From NCBI GenBank assembly GCA_030538255.1, contig JAUNUI010000012.1, positions 17,490 through 81,489 on the forward strand: a DNA stretch of 64,000 bases, in the 5' to 3' direction. This DNA is from Pelistega sp. Lineage in GTDB: Bacteria; Pseudomonadota; Gammaproteobacteria; Burkholderiales; Burkholderiaceae_B. The notes beneath the pieces were generated by a model that was not told the DNA's origin, searched no databases, and saw only the letters and a program-made list of their open reading frames with translations. This document shows, one piece after another, positions 58,937-64,000 of this stretch (position 1 is the first letter of the stretch; the number at the start of each line of letters is the position of its first letter). A program made the position numbers and the translations under genes.

Positions 58937-60009
58937 TATGCTTTTTCCTTAATGACTTCGGCGCATACATTAGCAATATCTTGAGTCGCATTGATATAGG
59001 CCATTGACCGTGCTTTAATGGCCACTTCTTGCAATTGTTCTCGCGTAAGAAGACTTATAAAATCACTTAACTGCTGTGCGCTTAGGCTCTTCTGCGCTTG
59101 GCTAAATGCCGCACCCGCCTCACTTAGCCAAGCTGCATTCGCGGTCTGATGATCATCAATCGCATGGGGTAAGGGAACAAACAGCGCCGCTACGCCAACC
59201 GCTGCGACCTCAGCCACGGTCATGGCCCCAGCACGGCATATGACTAAATCAGCCTGTGCCAAATGCTCAGCCATATTATCAATAAAGGCCACGCAATGCG
59301 CAGAGACCGCAACCGCTTTATAATTAGCTTCTAAAATATCTAAATGTTGCTCACCGGATTGGTGAATAATACTGGGTCGTTGCTCGGACGGTAGAAGCGC
59401 AATTGCTTGCGGCACCAACTCATTTAAAGCCATAGCACCTAGACTACCACCCACCACGAGAATTTTTAAGGGACCTGTACGAGCTGCGTACCGCACTTCA
59501 GGTTCCGCTAAGTTAAGGAGATCTTGGCGTACGGGATTGCCTACCATCTCAGCCTGCGGAAGCACCTTAGGAAAGCCGCTCAAGACGCGCTTAGCAAAAC
59601 GTGCAATACTCTTATTCGCGCTACCTGCCACGGCATTCTGTTCATGAATAACCACAGGAATACCTGCCATACGCGCCATCAAAGCACCAGGGAAAGCCAC
59701 ATAACCGCCCATCCCCAACACCATATCTGGCTGCGCTTGTCGAATCGCTGATCGTGCTTGCAAACATGCTTTAGCTAAGGTAAAAGGCAGCTTAACTAAG
59801 GTTGTCACACCCTTGCCACGCACCCCGGCAAAATGCAAAGGCACTAAATCTATCCCTGCCTTAGGTACTAATTTACCTTCCATCTTGTTTGGATTGCCTA
59901 ACCACTTGACTTCCCAGCCTTTAGCCTGCAGCTCATGAGCGACTGCTAGCCCAGGCATAATATGCCCGCCCGTTCCACCGGCCATAATTAACGCTTTAGG
60001 CATACTCAT
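58936..60009 (-). CDS. murG: UDP-GlcNAc--MurNAc-pentapeptide GlcNAc transferase MurG
   Basis: [18 protein letters not shown] prefer the start at 60009, where a GAGGAA SD lies 9 nt upstream; the maximal ORF extends to 60048. Confidence 0.93.
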   Translation of the reverse strand: MSMPKALIMAGGTGGHIMPGLAVAHELQAKGWEVKWLGNPNKMEGKLVPKAGIDLVPLHFAGVRGKGVTTLVKLPFTLAKACLQARSAIRQAQPDMVLGMGGYVAFPGALMARMAGIPVVIHEQNAVAGSANKSIARFAKRVLSGFPKVLPQAEMVGNPVRQDLLNLAEPEVRYAARTGPLKILVVGGSLGAMALNELVPQAIALLPSEQRPSIIHQSGEQHLDILEANYKAVAVSAHCVAFIDNMAEHLAQADLVICRAGAMTVAEVAAVGVAALFVPLPHAIDDHQTANAAWLSEAGAAFSQAQKSLSAQQLSDFISLLTREQLQEVAIKARSMAYINATQDIANVCAEVIKEKA

Positions 60010-61225
60010 TGATGCTATTTCCTCTATACGCTTGTTCGTTTTGTCCACGCATCATTTTACGATTTTCAAAGTCAACGCGCATCAATAATGCGACGGCGAC
60101 CAGATTCATTACTAAGGCTGAGCCACCATAACTCACCAAGGGTAGAGTCAGACCCTTAGTAGGCAGGAGCCCTAAACATACGCCTAAATTCACAAATGAC
60201 TGTATTCCAAACCATATCGCAACGCCTTGGGCAACTAAACCATTGAATTCGCGATCCATGGCGATAGCTTGACGCCCAATATCTAAGCCCTTGCGCACAA
60301 CAATCATAAATAAAACGATAACGGCTAAGATGCCAACAAAGCCAAGCTCTTCACCCACCACAGCCATAATAAAGTCGGTATGTGCCTCAGGTAAATAGTG
60401 CAATTTTTCAATACTAAAGCCGAGTCCTACGCCAAAAAACTCGCCGCGTCCAATGGCGATAAGCGAGTGACTTAATTGATAACCAATCGACTGCGCATGT
60501 TCTGCACTAAAGGGATCTAAATAAGCAAAAATACGCTGCATACGCCAAGGAGTCGCCACAATCAGCGCAATAAAACCCAAGACAGCCGCAAGCATCATTC
60601 CGACAAACAACTTCATACTCGCGCCACCCAAGAAGATGATGCCAAGAACAATGCAGACTATCACTAAAGCGGCGCCTAGATCGGGCTCTTTCAACAATAA
60701 GAGCACCACGAGGCCTAAAAAGCCCAGAGTAATCGGGATGACCCCTTTGAGTTGATGCATGCTTTGTTGCTTACGCACAGTATAATAAGCGGCGAATATC
60801 ACCATGGCCACTTTCATAAACTCTGAAGGTTGGAAATTAATTGGCCCTAAAGGAATCCAGCGATAGGCACCATTCACTTGGCGACCGATAAATGGCACCA
60901 AGACAAGTACGAGCAACACTACACCGACGATGTAAATGAGTAAGGCTTTCTTCTCCCAAAACTGCATAGGCACTTGGCAAACTAAGAAGGCGACACAGAG
61001 TCCCGCAACAATAAAGACGAGATGGCGGTTAAAGAAGGAGAAGCGGTTGGCATTTACAAATTTAGGGCCGTCAGCCAAAGCGATTGAGGCGGAATACACC
61101 ATAATCAAGCCAAAAATCAATAAGGCACCGACCGCACAAACCAATAAAAGATCGTAATCACGCATCGCTGTACGCGTTGCCCGATTCGACCGCATCCCAC
61201 TACGCAAACCAGCCATCACGCTCAT
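59996..61225 (-). CDS. ftsW: peptidoglycan glycosyltransferase FtsW (SEDS)
   Basis: 409-aa polytopic SEDS protein with ...PSEFMK...[17 protein letters not shown]. Confidence 0.93.
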   Translation of the reverse strand: MSVMAGLRSGMRSNRATRTAMRDYDLLLVCAVGALLIFGLIMVYSASIALADGPKFVNANRFSFFNRHLVFIVAGLCVAFLVCQVPMQFWEKKALLIYIVGVVLLVLVLVPFIGRQVNGAYRWIPLGPINFQPSEFMKVAMVIFAAYYTVRKQQSMHQLKGVIPITLGFLGLVVLLLLKEPDLGAALVIVCIVLGIIFLGGASMKLFVGMMLAAVLGFIALIVATPWRMQRIFAYLDPFSAEHAQSIGYQLSHSLIAIGRGEFFGVGLGFSIEKLHYLPEAHTDFIMAVVGEELGFVGILAVIVLFMIVVRKGLDIGRQAIAMDREFNGLVAQGVAIWFGIQSFVNLGVCLGLLPTKGLTLPLVSYGGSALVMNLVAVALLMRVDFENRKMMRGQNEQAYRGNSINEYA

Positions 61226-62742
61226 AGCATTTCTCCTTGGTCTCGTGCAAGTTGCTCCACGGCTTGGGCAAATTTCTCACCACGCTCATGGTAGTTCTTA
61301 AACATGTCCATACTGGCACAGGCCGGTGATAATAAGACCACATCACCCTCTTGCGCATGTTGTAAGCTTACACTGACAGCCTCTTCAAGACTGGTACTAA
61401 AGATAATGGGCACTTCAGTACTGGCTAATGCTTGAGCAATAATTTCGCGGTCTTGACCAATCAAGATGAGTGCACGGGCATATTGTTTAACGGGTACGGC
61501 TAGCGGACTGAAGTCTTGACCCTTGCCTAAACCACCTGCAATTAAGACCACGCGGCGTTCCATACCGACTAAAGCTGCCTGTGTCGCGCCAACATTCGTA
61601 CCTTTAGAGTCATCGATAAAGTCCACCCCTTGGATACTACGCACAAACACGCAACGATGGGCTTGCGCTTCATAATCGCGTAAGGCGGTTAGCAATGGCG
61701 CATACGACAAACCAATAGCACGACATAAAATCATGGCAGCTAAGGCATTAGCAGCATTATGACGACCACGCACACGCATCGCATCAGCGGGCATTAAGCG
61801 CTTAACTTGGCCGCTTTTGCGAGTTGGGCGCTCGGTAATTTTTTTCTTGCGACCCGTACTAACAGGTAAATCGAACTCATCGTCATCCATGGCACAGAGC
61901 CAACTAATACCGTTAAGTTGCTCAATACCCATATCGCCCACTAATTCCGGCATATCAAGACCAAAACTGGCAACCTGCAGATCGTCCATGTATTCAACCA
62001 TGGCGCGCGTCAAGGGATCATCGCGATTAATCACAGCCAATTCACTCATCTTCAGTAATTTGGCCTTACTCGCGGCATAATGTTCTAAGCTACCATGCCA
62101 ATCAAGGTGATCTTGAGTGATATTTAAGACGACCGAGGCATGTGGTTTTAAGGATTCGGTGGTCACCATCTGGAAGCTGGATAGCTCTAAGACCCAGACA
62201 TCAGGTAAGGCTTGCTCGGCTAAGGCTTGCATCAATGCAGTTAGGGCTGATGGACTGATATTGCCTGCTGCAAGTGCAGTCTTACCCGCCTGTAAGCACA
62301 TATCACGAACCATGGTGGTCACCGTGGTTTTGCCATTCGTACCGGTAATTGCCAATACCTTAGGCTGATAGTCATGGGCTTGCGCCAAGTCCGTTAAAGC
62401 ACGCGCGAATAATTCAATTTCCCCGATAATTTCAACTGAAGCAGCACGCGCCTTATCCAAAAACGCACTTAAATTCGTTTCATTGGGCTCTAAACCAGGA
62501 CTCAATACTAGGCTATCTACACCCGCTAAAACCGCTTCGCTATAACACTCTTGCTCACCTAAGAACCAAGCATCTTGTGCCAAACCCAAACTTTGCAAGG
62601 CCTCTAGACCTGGGGGTTGTTGGCGGGTATCTGCGATACGAACCTGCGCACCTTGTTGCACGCACCAACGTGCGGCGGCAGACCCAGTTTCACCTAGGCC
62701 TAAAATCAAGATAGTCTTTTGCGCAAGAGTAGATTCAATCAT
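61222..62742 (-). CDS. murD: UDP-N-acetylmuramoylalanine--D-glutamate ligase
   Basis: LGLGETG...ITGTNGKTTVTT...; 506 aa, the long betaproteobacterial form. Confidence 0.93.
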   Translation of the reverse strand: MIESTLAQKTILILGLGETGSAAARWCVQQGAQVRIADTRQQPPGLEALQSLGLAQDAWFLGEQECYSEAVLAGVDSLVLSPGLEPNETNLSAFLDKARAASVEIIGEIELFARALTDLAQAHDYQPKVLAITGTNGKTTVTTMVRDMCLQAGKTALAAGNISPSALTALMQALAEQALPDVWVLELSSFQMVTTESLKPHASVVLNITQDHLDWHGSLEHYAASKAKLLKMSELAVINRDDPLTRAMVEYMDDLQVASFGLDMPELVGDMGIEQLNGISWLCAMDDDEFDLPVSTGRKKKITERPTRKSGQVKRLMPADAMRVRGRHNAANALAAMILCRAIGLSYAPLLTALRDYEAQAHRCVFVRSIQGVDFIDDSKGTNVGATQAALVGMERRVVLIAGGLGKGQDFSPLAVPVKQYARALILIGQDREIIAQALASTEVPIIFSTSLEEAVSVSLQHAQEGDVVLLSPACASMDMFKNYHERGEKFAQAVEQLARDQGEML

Positions 62743-62756
62743 GGTATTACGGTAAT

Positions 62757-62971
62757 TTTAAAGTTTCAATTCCAACAAGAACGAGTAAAACAAGGAGCAT
62801 TCATCGTTTTAACATTGTTTTAACGTTGCTTCAGCACAGCTTTAACATCTCTTCAGCATCATTTCAACCTACATTAACGTCGCTTCAACACAGCATTAGC
62901 ATCTCTTCAACGTCATTTCAACCTACATTAACGTCGCTTCAGCACAGCTATAACGCTGCATTAACATCACA
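62757..62971 (-). repeat. repeat-filled mraY-murD spacer: 54-nt tandem units flanked by two copies of the mraY 3' end
   Basis: The units lie at 62821-62874, 62875-62928 and 62929-62972 (last one partial). On the minus strand each ends ...CGACGTTAA or ...CAACGTTAA, like the true tail ...CTACGTTAA. Positions 62757-62800 are an approximately 85% copy of 62975-63020. Confidence 0.9.
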
Positions 62972-64000
62972 TTAACGTAGTTTTAAGGTTGAAAGACCAA
63001 CAAGGACGAGCATAATGGTGATAATCCAAAAACGCACCACCACCTGGGTTTCTTTCCAACCACCAACTTCAAAATGATGGTGCAGTGGCGCCATGCGTAG
63101 AATACGACGACCTTCACCGTAACGTTTCTTAGTGTATTTAAACCACATCACTTGAATCATGACAGATAAGGTTTCAACCACGAATACGCCACCCATAATG
63201 AAGAACACAATTTCTTGACGGGTGATCACAGCAATCGTGCCCAACATGCCGCCCAAGGCTAGGGCACCGACATCACCCATAAACACTTGGGCAGGATAGG
63301 CATTAAACCACAAGAACGCTAAGCCCGCACCACCTAGAGCGGCACACAGCACCATCATCTCCGATGCACCTGGAATATACGGGAATAGCAAATAGGCTGA
63401 GTAGTCCACACGACCCACGACATAGGCAAAAATACCTAAGGCTGCCCCCACCATCACGGTTGGCATAATCGCCAAGCCATCCAAGCCATCGGTCAGGTTA
63501 ACCGCATTACTGGCACCGACAATCACCATCCAGGTTAAAGCGGCAAAGCCAAATACGCCCAATGGGTAAGAAACATTCTTGAAAAAAGGCACAATCAAGT
63601 CTGCGCGTGACGGCAGTGGCATGGTAAAGCCGCTAAGTACCCAATCTTTAAAGAGTGGCCACAACTCTGCATTGGCAGGCACGGATACAGCGAAACTCAA
63701 ATAAATCGCGGCGACTAAACCAACGAGCGCTTGCCAAAAGAACTTCTCACGTGAGGACATGCCTTCGGGGTTGCGATACACCACTTTACGGTAGTCATCA
63801 ATCCAACCAATCGCCCCAAAACCCATGGTCACTAATAAAACGACCCAAACAAAACGATTGCTTAGGTCGGCCCATAATAAGGTGCTGATACCGATGGCGA
63901 TAAGGATTAAAACCCCGCCCATGGTCGGTGTACCATTCTTCACCAAGTGCTCTTGCGGGCCGTAAGTGCGCACGGCCTGACCAATTTTAAGTTCCGTTAA
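62972..64000 (-). CDS. mraY: phospho-N-acetylmuramoyl-pentapeptide transferase MraY (N-terminus beyond window end)
   Basis: ...KNGTPTMGG...[13 protein letters not shown]...HHHFE... The frame stays open to position 64000. Confidence 0.95.
   Translation of the reverse strand, partial: LTELKIGQAVRTYGPQEHLVKNGTPTMGGVLILIAIGISTLLWADLSNRFVWVVLLVTMGFGAIGWIDDYRKVVYRNPEGMSSREKFFWQALVGLVAAIYLSFAVSVPANAELWPLFKDWVLSGFTMPLPSRADLIVPFFKNVSYPLGVFGFAALTWMVIVGASNAVNLTDGLDGLAIMPTVMVGAALGIFAYVVGRVDYSAYLLFPYIPGASEMMVLCAALGGAGLAFLWFNAYPAQVFMGDVGALALGGMLGTIAVITRQEIVFFIMGGVFVVETLSVMIQVMWFKYTKKRYGEGRRILRMAPLHHHFEVGGWKETQVVVRFWIITIMLVLVGLSTLKLR

Noticed and set aside
8391-62990. Diversity-generating retroelement (VR at a gene's 3' end plus a TR copy downstream) as an explanation for the tail copies.
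   Set aside because: The copies are only 11-60 nt long. Their differences are not adenine-specific, no reverse transcriptase or accessory gene is present, and many unrelated housekeeping genes are affected.

Overview
This is a densely coding 64-kb chromosomal segment of mid GC content. The gene order looks betaproteobacterial, Burkholderiales-like; that assignment is an inference from synteny, not a database hit.

Gene content, left to right:
- Truncated IclR regulator, CinA-like protein, thioredoxin-like protein, DEAD-box helicase, zf-CHCC/NTF2-like pair, YheT-type hydrolase, CtaG-like membrane protein, UbiH-family monooxygenase.
- dusB-fis-purH-ruvC-ruvA, then a TRAP transporter (dctPQM) and an MntA/HepT toxin-antitoxin pair, then ruvB. 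recQ follows, convergent with ruvB.
- thiO-thiS-thiG.
- A four-gene operon: FecCD-type ABC permease, ATPase, azlC, azlD.
- phaB, rarD, and acnD-prpF-rraA (methylcitrate-cycle genes without prpBC).
- GST, yggS, dsdA, tRNA-Lys(UUU).
- A cluster of two PgaB/IcaB-like CE4 deacetylases plus a GH31-fold protein.
- An unusually long mnmC, then suhB, mgtE, secA, an M23 peptidase and a DUF721/DciA-like gene.
- lpxC and the dcw cluster ftsZ-ftsA-ftsQ-ddl-murC-murG-ftsW-murD-mraY (mraY truncated at the window end).

I found no rRNA genes, cas genes, transposases, integrases or phage genes.

Main observations:
- At seven or more unrelated genes, the DNA just downstream of the stop codon is a tandem or direct repeat whose unit re-copies the gene's last codons plus a stop codon. 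Between azlC and azlD this produces a chain of identical 9-codon mini-cistrons leading into azlD. Between mraY and murD it places a repeat-filled 229-bp gap inside the dcw cluster.
- In-frame tandem repeats are also inserted into enzymes (the YheT-like hydrolase and MnmC).
- The MntA/HepT module is bounded by a 15-bp direct repeat that contains the ruvB start codon.
- The GH31-fold protein appears to lack both catalytic aspartates and is co-transcribed with two leaderless CE4 deacetylases.
- A type-II ABC importer core with no binding-protein gene is translationally coupled to azlCD.

All functional calls rest on motifs and family resemblance read by eye. No searches were run.
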